A DNA stretch of 49,270 nt from a virus (taxonomy: Duplodnaviria > Caudoviricetes). Location of the stretch: the IMG/VR virus record IMGVR_UViG_3300022697_000076, positions 1 to 49,270 of that record. One strand, written 5' to 3'. Shown one piece after another: positions 17,145 to 25,426 of the stretch (position 1 is its first letter; every line of letters begins with the position of its first letter). The translations under genes and the position numbers were made by a program. A model generated the notes under the pieces. It saw nothing but the letters and a program-made list of their open reading frames with translations, made no database searches and had not been told where the DNA came from.

Positions 17145-19572
17145 AGTTTTGTATATCTTCTATAGTTAACTTTGTATTAAAGTCTTGCATTCGTTTTCCC
17201 CAACCCATGCCAATTTGCGCATCACATGGAACTACAAACTTGTGCCCGTTTAATTCACATTTGTTCTCCATAGACTTTCTTATTTGTTCCACCATGAGTA
17301 ATCCCTTTTGAGTTGCTGGTACCTGTCCAACAAGTGAATCGTGGACTTGGAACAACATTCTGTGCCCTTCTTGTTCCATTCTCTTGCCAAAATCATTCCA
17401 ATAGAGATTGTGCAATGACTTGTTTATGTTTTCTGCTGTGCCACCTTGACCAAAGAAGGATGCAAAAATTCTTTGTATACTCTCATCTTTTAAACTCCCA
17501 AAAAACATTCTAGTTCTGCCACCATAACAAGTGGCAATGTTACCATTTTGAATTGCAATCTCTGCCTTAGCACTTAATGCAGGTAATAGCTTTGGATACA
17601 TCTTAAAGTAACTTGCTAAAAATGCATCACATAATTTGATTAATTTATTGTCATTCCAATTCTCTGCATCTTTGTAACCTCTCGCAATTGCAGCTGCTAC
17701 TACTCGTTCACGTTCCATTGTTATGAACAAAGTCCCTCCGCCCATCATGTAGTTAGCCCCATGCGATACTTTCTTGGAAATACTTCGTAATCCAGTTAAT
17801 TTATGGCTAACCCAAGGTTCATGGTTTTTGTGTGCAGCTGCAATTTCAACGTAATCGCGCCCAAAGAAAAACGCTGTATGCAAGCAATGAGTATCCTTAT
17901 CTGAGAGGACGTTTTCCATAAATTGCTTGTCTTCTAAATCAAACGCTACAAAGTAACTGTCACTTTGCGCGTAATCTATATCATATAACATATACCCTTC
18001 ATCGGGTTCAATCATAATTCTCATATCTTCTGGCATGTTTTGAATATTAACTCCAGTCCAGAAGTCATGACCCTTACTTGCATAGCGTCCTGTATCAGTA
18101 ACACCAGCACCTAATTTATAAAGTATCCTGCCAAACATACCTATATTCTCACCATACTTACTTATGTTATTTTCTGGTTTCTTGCAAGCCCATAACTGTT
18201 CCATAGTCCATGAGGTCATTGCATTTTGGCTGTATAGCATTTTTAAAACTGGCTCTGCTGAAGTCCTACCTTTTCTGCCATAAGGTTTAAGTTTAAATAC
18301 ATCGTATAATATTTCAGGCACATCCTTACTACTGTTGGGGTTAAAATCATCTCCAAATGCAATTCTAAGGTTTTCGCGCGCCACATTGGAACCAGTTTTC
18401 AATTCCTTAACTACACTTTTTAATAAGCCCTTATTATAGTTAACCCCTCTCATTGTCATTGCAAACGCAGGTCCAAATTGCTGCTGGAATTCCTTTGTAT
18501 AATTTACTAATGCCCATTGTAATTTAGGTACGCTATAATGAGCGAGTACAAACCTCCACACACCAAAAGTGGAATGACAATCAAGAGCATTATATCTCCA
18601 ATAATTCTCCATTCCATTTGCTGTCTTAGGTATTCGTGTATTGTTAGTATCTTCTTTCGCATCCTCTTTCCCCTCATCTTTCCAGTAAGTGTATGTATCT
18701 AATGCAATACTTGCAATAAAATCTAATCTCTTTGGCAATTCACACCATATAGACCTAAACCCATGCATTGTATCACATATAAAATTGTGCATTGGCATTC
18801 CCATAGAGAGTAGCCAAGCCGCGTCATAGGAACCATTTTGTAATATCTTGTATGCTTTGTTTGCATTTACTTCTTTAATAGCTTGCCAAGCCGAGATTTC
18901 ATCCATTTCAGAAGCCCAAAAACATCCCGTTTCCTTACTGCCGTCAATAATGGGAACAACAAAAGTGCGCAACTTGCCAGTGGCATGTAAACACGTATAA
19001 CCAACACAGCTAATATGCCCGATACTAGTCTCGATATCAATTGCAATTGCAATAGAATTACTTGCAAAGGAAGTAAAACTAGCAAGCTCGCCCACGCTTT
19101 TACATACTGTATAATTAAAACTTGGCTCATTTCTTAGCTCCCCTGTTATCCATCTCTTAAGTTTTTTAAAGTCATTTAACAATACCCACATTGCAGTCTT
19201 TACAAAACGAGTATTATTAACATTATCTACTACTAAGCATGGTATGTTTCTACCATCTAATTCATACACATAAATGCTGCCCCTACATAACGCTGTAGAA
19301 AGATATTTGCCATTAGTTATATAACTAAGTGCAGCTTTATCATTTATGACTATAAACTCTGGTTGCATTACACGTAATTTCTTTATAAATATCTCTTCTT
19401 TTTCTGGTACAGCTTCGAACTTTGTTTTAGTTCGTTTCCTTAAACAGTTTGCAGGCATATTTATAAACTGAACGTCAAGTAGTTTAATAGCAGCACTTCT
19501 CATAGCTCCTTGCACTATCTTCATAGAACCTGCTGAGAAAGTACTTGGTGCAACATACAAGACGTTCGTCAT
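17107..19572 (-). CDS. Family A DNA polymerase with N-terminal degenerate UDG-like domain and 3'-5' exonuclease
   Basis: ExoI DIET, ExoII QNGSYD, ExoIII YNALD; TDTGRYAS; motif A DYAQSD; motif B RSISKKVSHGANY; motif C QVHDS. Confidence 0.93.
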   Translation of the reverse strand: MTNVLYVAPSTFSAGSMKIVQGAMRSAAIKLLDVQFINMPANCLRKRTKTKFEAVPEKEEIFIKKLRVMQPEFIVINDKAALSYITNGKYLSTALCRGSIYVYELDGRNIPCLVVDNVNNTRFVKTAMWVLLNDFKKLKRWITGELRNEPSFNYTVCKSVGELASFTSFASNSIAIAIDIETSIGHISCVGYTCLHATGKLRTFVVPIIDGSKETGCFWASEMDEISAWQAIKEVNANKAYKILQNGSYDAAWLLSMGMPMHNFICDTMHGFRSIWCELPKRLDFIASIALDTYTYWKDEGKEDAKEDTNNTRIPKTANGMENYWRYNALDCHSTFGVWRFVLAHYSVPKLQWALVNYTKEFQQQFGPAFAMTMRGVNYNKGLLKSVVKELKTGSNVARENLRIAFGDDFNPNSSKDVPEILYDVFKLKPYGRKGRTSAEPVLKMLYSQNAMTSWTMEQLWACKKPENNISKYGENIGMFGRILYKLGAGVTDTGRYASKGHDFWTGVNIQNMPEDMRIMIEPDEGYMLYDIDYAQSDSYFVAFDLEDKQFMENVLSDKDTHCLHTAFFFGRDYVEIAAAHKNHEPWVSHKLTGLRSISKKVSHGANYMMGGGTLFITMERERVVAAAIARGYKDAENWNDNKLIKLCDAFLASYFKMYPKLLPALSAKAEIAIQNGNIATCYGGRTRMFFGSLKDESIQRIFASFFGQGGTAENINKSLHNLYWNDFGKRMEQEGHRMLFQVHDSLVGQVPATQKGLLMVEQIRKSMENKCELNGHKFVVPCDAQIGMGWGKRMQDFNTKLTIEDIQNYEDSWWSNRVAT

Positions 19573-19588
19573 ATAATTATATCCTTAG

Positions 19589-19777
19589 TTAATCTAACCT
19601 AGTTCTTCTAGTAAGAACTGTTTTTTCTTTTCTTAAGCTTGGATGTCTACTCTTTCCACAAATACAATGCCTACCTAGAAGAAATTCCTTACTACAACTA
19701 TCACAAATACATACATTACATAGGTATTCATCTTTACGTAAAGTATCTGCACTATTGTGTTTAGTTATGGTTTGCAT
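19589..19777 (-). CDS. Small Cys-rich hypothetical protein
   Basis: 62 aa with CxxC and CxC motifs. Confidence 0.5.
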   Translation of the reverse strand: MQTITKHNSADTLRKDEYLCNVCICDSCSKEFLLGRHCICGKSRHPSLRKEKTVLTRRTRLD

Positions 19778-20421
19778 TTATATGGACAATTTGGTAATGG
19801 GTTTTCATTAACCACAGGTTCTAGTAACTCTGGATCAAATGTCATTCTAATACCAGCGCATTTTCTTTCACCACCAAACCAAGTCATTGTAAACTTCCAG
19901 CCGGGTGCAAATTCTTTCTCAATGCCAGTACTTAAAACCCACTGTAGTGTAAGTGAATCAGTAGGTAGCTGGCAATAGAAGTAATTAGGTGTACCTCTTA
20001 CACCTGCATAAATATAGGTCTCATTAAAATCAATCGAACTTTCTTTTACTGTAAAAAATGTACCTATCATTGCAGAAGACGCAAATGCTACATTACCAGT
20101 TGTGATACTATTAGTAGACCTACTTGGGTTAATATAAGGTATAGTAATTTTATCTGCAATATCAGTTTTAATATTAAAACACTTTACATTGTTACCAACT
20201 TTATATGTGGTTAGTGAATAAGAGCTTATACCTTCGAAAAACTCTTTAACCCTATAAGCTTTATCACCTCCCCAATTGTAACTACATTTACCTAAAAAGA
20301 AGCTATTGCCGGGCGTAAATATCATACCTGTATCTTTTGTTATGTTTGTCACATTGAATTGAGCTGCATTTGATATGCTGTATGTGAATAGTAAAAGTAT
20401 TGATAGTAAGAATTGTCTCAT
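19765..20421 (-). CDS. Putative exported protein with signal peptide
   Basis: MRQFLLSILLLFTYSISNA signal-like N-terminus; six Cys in mature part; AAGGA RBS. Confidence 0.7.
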   Translation of the reverse strand: MRQFLLSILLLFTYSISNAAQFNVTNITKDTGMIFTPGNSFFLGKCSYNWGGDKAYRVKEFFEGISSYSLTTYKVGNNVKCFNIKTDIADKITIPYINPSRSTNSITTGNVAFASSAMIGTFFTVKESSIDFNETYIYAGVRGTPNYFYCQLPTDSLTLQWVLSTGIEKEFAPGWKFTMTWFGGERKCAGIRMTFDPELLEPVVNENPLPNCPYKCKP

Positions 20422-20470
20422 ATATAGTTCCTTTGATTAAAGTATTCCATTGAACCCCAATGGTAGAGTA

Positions 20471-21082
20471 TTAAAATGGTATAGATACTATTTCTATTTG
20501 ATTTACCAGTTCAAGATATGAATACATTGCATCATCAATTGCTCTGTGTTTAACTAGTGAATCAGCTTCTTTATTTTGCAACTTACTGTAATCTGGATGA
20601 AATTGCATAAACATGTTAATATCACTTGTATCAAATCTATCACGGAACGTAAAAGGGTAGTGCAAGTCAGCATATTCATACATACGAATAAGTATATCAA
20701 CATCAAAATCAGTATGATTGGCTACAATTAAACTATTATGTATATCGTAGCTTGCAAACATAAAATTATTTACCTGTCTCATAGTAGTTGCTATTGGCAA
20801 TGTTTGTTTCATACATCGATATAGATAGTCTTTAAATAGTGCTTCACGTTCTGAGCTTGACCACCATTCAACTGTATTATCATTACCTTTATATTCTGCA
20901 TATGCATTCATAAGGTTAAACTGCTCTGATAAGTTGAATATAAACTCTCGCTTACCAAAAATTCTGCCCTCTGTATTTCCTATTACAATACCTAATGCCA
21001 TTACAGGGCAAGATTCTGTATTAACTCCTAGCGTTTCCCAATCAATTACAATTAAGGTTTTATCTTTCATATCATTCTCCAT
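20471..21082 (-). CDS. DEDDh 3'-5' exonuclease (Rv2179c/DUF5051-like)
   Basis: IDWETLG, TVEWW, NHTDFDVDIL, HRAIDDA motifs. Confidence 0.85.
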   Translation of the reverse strand: MENDMKDKTLIVIDWETLGVNTESCPVMALGIVIGNTEGRIFGKREFIFNLSEQFNLMNAYAEYKGNDNTVEWWSSSEREALFKDYLYRCMKQTLPIATTMRQVNNFMFASYDIHNSLIVANHTDFDVDILIRMYEYADLHYPFTFRDRFDTSDINMFMQFHPDYSKLQNKEADSLVKHRAIDDAMYSYLELVNQIEIVSIPF

Positions 21083-21091
21083 ATTATTAAA

Positions 21092-21180
21092 TGGTGGACT
21101 TGGAAGGAGTCGAACCTTCTGTGGAGATCAGGCCACTACCTTCAAGGAAGGCACGTATCGTCCGGAATTGCATCAAGCCC
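21092..21180 (-). tRNA. Non-canonical tRNA-like gene (89 nt, encoded CCA; Ala-type acceptor, nominal anticodon CUU)
   Basis: Acceptor GGGCUUG/CAAGUCC-A-CCA; T arm GAAGG-UUCGACU-CCUUC; anticodon stem UGCCU/AGGUA; variable stem GUGG/CCAC; GG in D loop. Confidence 0.8.
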
Positions 21181-21188
21181 TTATACCC

Positions 21189-21221
21189 AAAAAGGGAACT
21201 ACAATTTAACTCGTAGTTCCC
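21189..21221 (-). terminator. Rho-independent terminator after the SSB-like gene
   Basis: GGGAACTAC/GTAGTTCCC stem followed by T5 on the - strand. Confidence 0.75.
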
Positions 21222-21248
21222 ATTTGTACCTCACTTTGCTTTCTGGTC

Positions 21249-21755
21249 TTATGCAATCATAGCTTCATATGCTTCCTGCAACATAATACCTTTAATATCC
21301 ATATTTACATATGGCTTATCTGGATCATCCTTATTACGCGCATGAGCTATTTTTGCAACATACTTCATGCCTGTAGCTCTATCCATACCTTCTGATAGTT
21401 TACTAACACCAGTAATGCCTATTTTTTCTAAAAAGCCTTTAACCTGACCAATGTCTTTTACAATGTCTTTAATAAAAATACTTTCATTGTGTTTAGTACC
21501 AATCATTGTATTTTCATCAAATTCATCACTTTTAACTGCATAGCATTTTTCACATTCATTTTCAATTTGAACAACTGTATGCTCACCAAATGATTTAAAC
21601 TCCATACTTAATACTTTCCATAATGCAACTGATGGAGGTGTTGTAGAAAATCCACCATATGATATTTCAACATCTGATATATCAACATCTGCAAGTTCAG
21701 CTAATGATATCTCTACTTCTACACCACCGTTTAATATTTTAACTTCATCTGACAT
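21249..21755 (-). CDS. Putative single-stranded DNA-binding protein
   Basis: 168 aa, acidic, beta-rich, directly downstream of the Sak4-like ATPase. Confidence 0.55.
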   Translation of the reverse strand: MSDEVKILNGGVEVEISLAELADVDISDVEISYGGFSTTPPSVALWKVLSMEFKSFGEHTVVQIENECEKCYAVKSDEFDENTMIGTKHNESIFIKDIVKDIGQVKGFLEKIGITGVSKLSEGMDRATGMKYVAKIAHARNKDDPDKPYVNMDIKGIMLQEAYEAMIA

Positions 21756-21766
21756 TTTAATGTCTC

Positions 21767-22723
21767 CTATTTATTTAATTTAAGATTTAAACTATTACTA
21801 CTTACGTTTGGTAATACATTACTTGCAACTGGTTTTGCGCCCCCTGTTTTAAGTTCTAAATCCCATAATGGATTATCTTTAGTTGGTAATTCAATCTTTG
21901 ATTGTCTACATATATCTGCAAACTGCAATTTCTCCCAATCATACATACCGGGTTTAATAGTCCTAGACCCACCCTCCTTTTCTTCATTACCAGATACATC
22001 TATCTTATTAACACTATCTGATAGCTGTTTAAAAGTTAATATATCAGAAAATAATGCACCTATCATCATAGAGTGTGGATTGCTGGTTGAGATTAATAGG
22101 TCCCTTGTGTAGTCTATTTCTTTAGATTCTTTTTTTGAATTACTTTTTTTCATTTTTACGTAGGTAGTTACATGCCCTATTACAACTACATGGCATGGAA
22201 TTGTTTGCAATTGCTTTAAAAAGAAAGTTGCTAATCTACCACCCCAACCATAAAAATCCCATTCACCCTTTTCAGCTTCCGACAGGTCTATATTATTTTC
22301 ATTTGCAAACTCAAATTGCAATGACCAACAAAGCGCCGTCCATGAATCAATTACTAGGATATCCCTTGCTGTACGATTTAGCAAATCTATCTGGATGCAG
22401 TTTGAATCGGGGTTTAATGTCTGGGCTTTCTTTTCTACTTCGTTCCAAGTTATCGAGCCTTTCTTTAATAGGTGAGTTAGGAAACGGGCAAATACAGCTT
22501 TCTTTGTTTGCTCTTGTAATGAAACTACCTGTACACGTTGTTGTGCATCTGCACTTAAATTTTTTGCGATTTGCCACCCATCTTCCCCATCTAATAATAA
22601 TACATTAAAGTTAGCTTCGGCTGCTGCACAAGCCCACCAAGTCTTTTTAGTTTTTTGTCTACCAAATGCAAGCACACGTAATAATTGATTACCTGCATTT
22701 ATTTTGTCTGTTACTGATGCCAT
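21767..22723 (-). CDS. AAA_24 / Sak4-like ATPase
   Basis: Variant Walker A GRQKTKKT, LLLDGEDG, Walker B LVIDSWT, VVVIGH. Confidence 0.75.
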   Translation of the reverse strand: MASVTDKINAGNQLLRVLAFGRQKTKKTWWACAAAEANFNVLLLDGEDGWQIAKNLSADAQQRVQVVSLQEQTKKAVFARFLTHLLKKGSITWNEVEKKAQTLNPDSNCIQIDLLNRTARDILVIDSWTALCWSLQFEFANENNIDLSEAEKGEWDFYGWGGRLATFFLKQLQTIPCHVVVIGHVTTYVKMKKSNSKKESKEIDYTRDLLISTSNPHSMMIGALFSDILTFKQLSDSVNKIDVSGNEEKEGGSRTIKPGMYDWEKLQFADICRQSKIELPTKDNPLWDLELKTGGAKPVASNVLPNVSSNSLNLKLNK

Positions 22724-23175
22724 TAATTCATATCTCCTGATAATGGTGGGGTAAATTCATTTGCAGAACCATGCTTATGAACTGGTTTACATTCTAAAAT
22801 AAATTCACGAAAACGTTCTGCAAGTAGAGTCTTTCTTAGCTTAATTAGAAAGTCTAAACAGTCTTGTGCTGCTACTTTTAATTCAACTGTAAGTTCCCAA
22901 TTATTATTAATCTTATAGTGCCAAAATAAATCACTATAAGCATTTATTGGTGTATTAACGCACATAGCCCCACTTGTTTGTTCTACAATATAGCAACCAT
23001 TACAGGCATTATCTTGAAACAAATACTTTTTACATGCTGGGCAATCAATTGTAGTGCGATAATGCAATTTACCTGCAACTACATCTTGCCAATGACCTGT
23101 GGATATAACTGCCATATCATTTATTTCATTATACCTTTCTTTTGTCATTTTAATTTTGGTCATAATCAACTCCAA
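22723..23175 (-). CDS. Cys-rich hypothetical protein
   Basis: CPAC...CNGC...C pattern; start probably at an internal Met. Confidence 0.65.
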   Translation of the reverse strand: MELIMTKIKMTKERYNEINDMAVISTGHWQDVVAGKLHYRTTIDCPACKKYLFQDNACNGCYIVEQTSGAMCVNTPINAYSDLFWHYKINNNWELTVELKVAAQDCLDFLIKLRKTLLAERFREFILECKPVHKHGSANEFTPPLSGDMN

Positions 23176-23356
23176 TTATTCTTGCCGATGGAAAGTATTC
23201 CTGTACATTAGGCAATATACTTTCTGCAAAATCCTTTGACATATTCATTGCTCTAGCTTTACTTTTAACTGTATGCCAATATATGTTTGCTGTAGGCTCT
23301 GCTATACTAATAGCTATATATTCATCTTCAACTTTGATTATGTAACTAAAGGGCAT
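23150..23356 (-). CDS. Hypothetical protein
   Basis: 68 aa, TAATG-coupled to upstream gene. Confidence 0.6.
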   Translation of the reverse strand: MPFSYIIKVEDEYIAISIAEPTANIYWHTVKSKARAMNMSKDFAESILPNVQEYFPSARIIGVDYDQN

Positions 23357-23739
23357 TATTCTGGCATCCTATATTTGTTAGGCAACTTCGGCAAATCGTG
23401 CATTAAACAATTTAAATCTACAGCCTTCCAAGCATTTACCATATGATGTACATCGACGGTATACCATCTAGCCACGCTTTTAAGTATCTGCATGTGATTG
23501 AATTCCGGGTCTTTATCTCCTTCGTAAACAATCGCATCCTTTTCTTCTTCATATGCTTTACGCGCAAGGAGATAATAATAAAATAAAGCATGTGTTTCTT
23601 TCTGAGAGTCCAATCCGCCATTAGGTGCAATGTACTGTGTAAAGACGGGGTATGGTGCGTTGAGGCCACACATAAAGTCATTGCAATTGGCTTTCCTACA
23701 ATGACTGTTTTTGCAGCCGGTTCCATGTTTGAAGCCCAT
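23356..23739 (-). CDS. Hypothetical protein with Cys/His-rich N-terminus
   Basis: 127 aa, GAGGA RBS. Confidence 0.65.
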   Translation of the reverse strand: MGFKHGTGCKNSHCRKANCNDFMCGLNAPYPVFTQYIAPNGGLDSQKETHALFYYYLLARKAYEEEKDAIVYEGDKDPEFNHMQILKSVARWYTVDVHHMVNAWKAVDLNCLMHDLPKLPNKYRMPE

Positions 23740-23745
23740 TTTAGT

Positions 23746-23937
23746 TTAATCCTCATTACTTTTAAGACTAGTTTGTATATCAAAAGCAAATGCAATGCAC
23801 TGCTCTAAATCAAAGTGAGTTATCTTTTGATTTTCATATTTAGACATGGCATAATAAATTTTATCCCCTGCAACACATACATAAGATAAATTCCATCTAT
23901 GGTCAAGTAAAAACTTTAATTCATCTATTGATTTCAT
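23746..23937 (-). CDS. Hypothetical protein, paralog of 23939-24151
   Basis: Start moved to MKSIDELK behind GAGGA RBS; shares LLxxxWxLxY..YYxMxK..IxHxDL pattern. Confidence 0.6.
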   Translation of the reverse strand: MKSIDELKFLLDHRWNLSYVCVAGDKIYYAMSKYENQKITHFDLEQCIAFAFDIQTSLKSNED

Positions 23938-23938
23938 T

Positions 23939-24151
23939 TTAATCCTCACCCTGCAAATCCATATGCACAATATGAACAAGCTTATCTAGGTCTATATGAG
24001 ATATACTTATAGGATGCTTATCCATTATATAGTATTCATCATCATAGAATAATGTCCAACCCTTCTTTAATAATTCAATTAATTTTTCTTGTACATACAT
24101 TAATTGTTTAGCTAACTTATCATTAGCTTCTAGCTCTTCTCTAGTTTCCAT
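23939..24151 (-). CDS. Hypothetical protein, paralog of 23746-23937
   Basis: 70 aa, GAGGTG RBS. Confidence 0.65.
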   Translation of the reverse strand: METREELEANDKLAKQLMYVQEKLIELLKKGWTLFYDDEYYIMDKHPISISHIDLDKLVHIVHMDLQGED

Positions 24152-24152
24152 A

Positions 24153-25130
24153 TTAATATTTCACCTCTTGCCATTGGTCTGTTTCTAATTTAATTTCAAT
24201 CCAAGGTTTAACTCGTGGATTGCCGTTCGGTTTTCTACTTGCATTTTCCATCTTAACAAACTGGCTAATGCTTTTAGTATCCCTGCTATCACATAAATCA
24301 AAGAAGTTGCAAGGTCGTTTCCATGAAAAACATGCTTTTGAGCGCCTACGAAACCAGCCTGCATTATAACTACGTTTAATCGTATTCATATCTTCCATAA
24401 AACCTACAACCCAATCTTGTATATCTGTTTTGGTTTTAATAAATGGGAACAGTGTATTAGTTGCATCTAGTGGATGGATGAATTGCATCCAATAATAAAC
24501 CTCAAACCCACGAGATATGTCTTGACCTAATAGAGTTTCTAATACTAACCCATAGGGGAGACATTGGTCTGCAAATGTAAATTCATAAACTTTTGAATCT
24601 AAGCTTGCAGTAGTTGTTTTAATATCACATACTGCATACTCACCAGTTACTTTGTTATGTAGTATTAAATCAATATAACCTATATACTTTAGAGTTATAG
24701 TCCTGCCATCGGCGTAAAAAGGGTAATTTTCTATTACTAATGCAAAAGGTACTTCATACGCTGGAATTGGTGCTCCAGTGGAGTCGTTTATCATGGCGAT
24801 TTCCCAATCGTCCATATCTAAATCCCAAAACTTCATAGCTTCATCTAACATATGAACGCAAGATTGCCATGAACGTACATGCATCGCACCTTCATCATAT
24901 TGGAATGGGAATTCCATTAAAAACTCAAACATAGCTTTGTCTTTATCACTAGTAAAACAGTATTCTTGTGTACCTGCATGTAGTGCGGAACCTGCACTTG
25001 CTGCCAATGAGTTTTCAAAACGGTCAGACATAAACATTTTACGAAATTCAAATTTGCGCGGGCAGGAATGCAATAGACCTAATGATGAGTCAGAAACTTC
25101 TAAGACTTCTATGTCACGATAGGAAGTCAT
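24153..25130 (-). CDS. PD-(D/E)XK exonuclease, Cas4/AddB-like
   Basis: SCPRK, GSALHAG, GYIDL, CDIKT, C-terminal CxxxxxxCxxxxxC (four Cys in total, Fe-S-like arrangement). Confidence 0.85.
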   Translation of the reverse strand: MTSYRDIEVLEVSDSSLGLLHSCPRKFEFRKMFMSDRFENSLAASAGSALHAGTQEYCFTSDKDKAMFEFLMEFPFQYDEGAMHVRSWQSCVHMLDEAMKFWDLDMDDWEIAMINDSTGAPIPAYEVPFALVIENYPFYADGRTITLKYIGYIDLILHNKVTGEYAVCDIKTTTASLDSKVYEFTFADQCLPYGLVLETLLGQDISRGFEVYYWMQFIHPLDATNTLFPFIKTKTDIQDWVVGFMEDMNTIKRSYNAGWFRRRSKACFSWKRPCNFFDLCDSRDTKSISQFVKMENASRKPNGNPRVKPWIEIKLETDQWQEVKY

Positions 25131-25426
25131 TATAATCTAGCCTTTGGAGTTAAAGTTACAACAGATATTTTTTTATTATGAAATGCGTAATGAAGAAAAT
25201 CATCTATCTCATCAATTAAATAAGTATCTTTTGTATTATCCTTTAAAATTATAAAGTCACTATAGGTTATAGGTTTAGGTATACTTAATTTTAGATTAAC
25301 AGCTCTTGCTTTAATGCTTTTACATGTAGCAGTATTTACACAAACTATAATTGCTTTAATTGCATAAGATTCAATAATAAGCCTAGTTGTTTTACCACTA
25401 GCCCTACTTGCTATAAGCCATCTCAT
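25130..25426 (-). CDS. Small P-loop protein
   Basis: RASGKTT Walker A and YLIDEID Walker B within only 98 aa. Confidence 0.65.
   Translation of the reverse strand: MRWLIASRASGKTTRLIIESYAIKAIIVCVNTATCKSIKARAVNLKLSIPKPITYSDFIILKDNTKDTYLIDEIDDFLHYAFHNKKISVVTLTPKARL

Noticed and set aside
21092-21180. Full tmRNA or selenocysteine tRNA
   Set aside because: Only 89 nt with no tag reading frame; 7-bp acceptor stem and no UCA anticodon
24153-25130. CRISPR-associated cas4
   Set aside because: No cas1/cas2 or array; context is a phage recombination module
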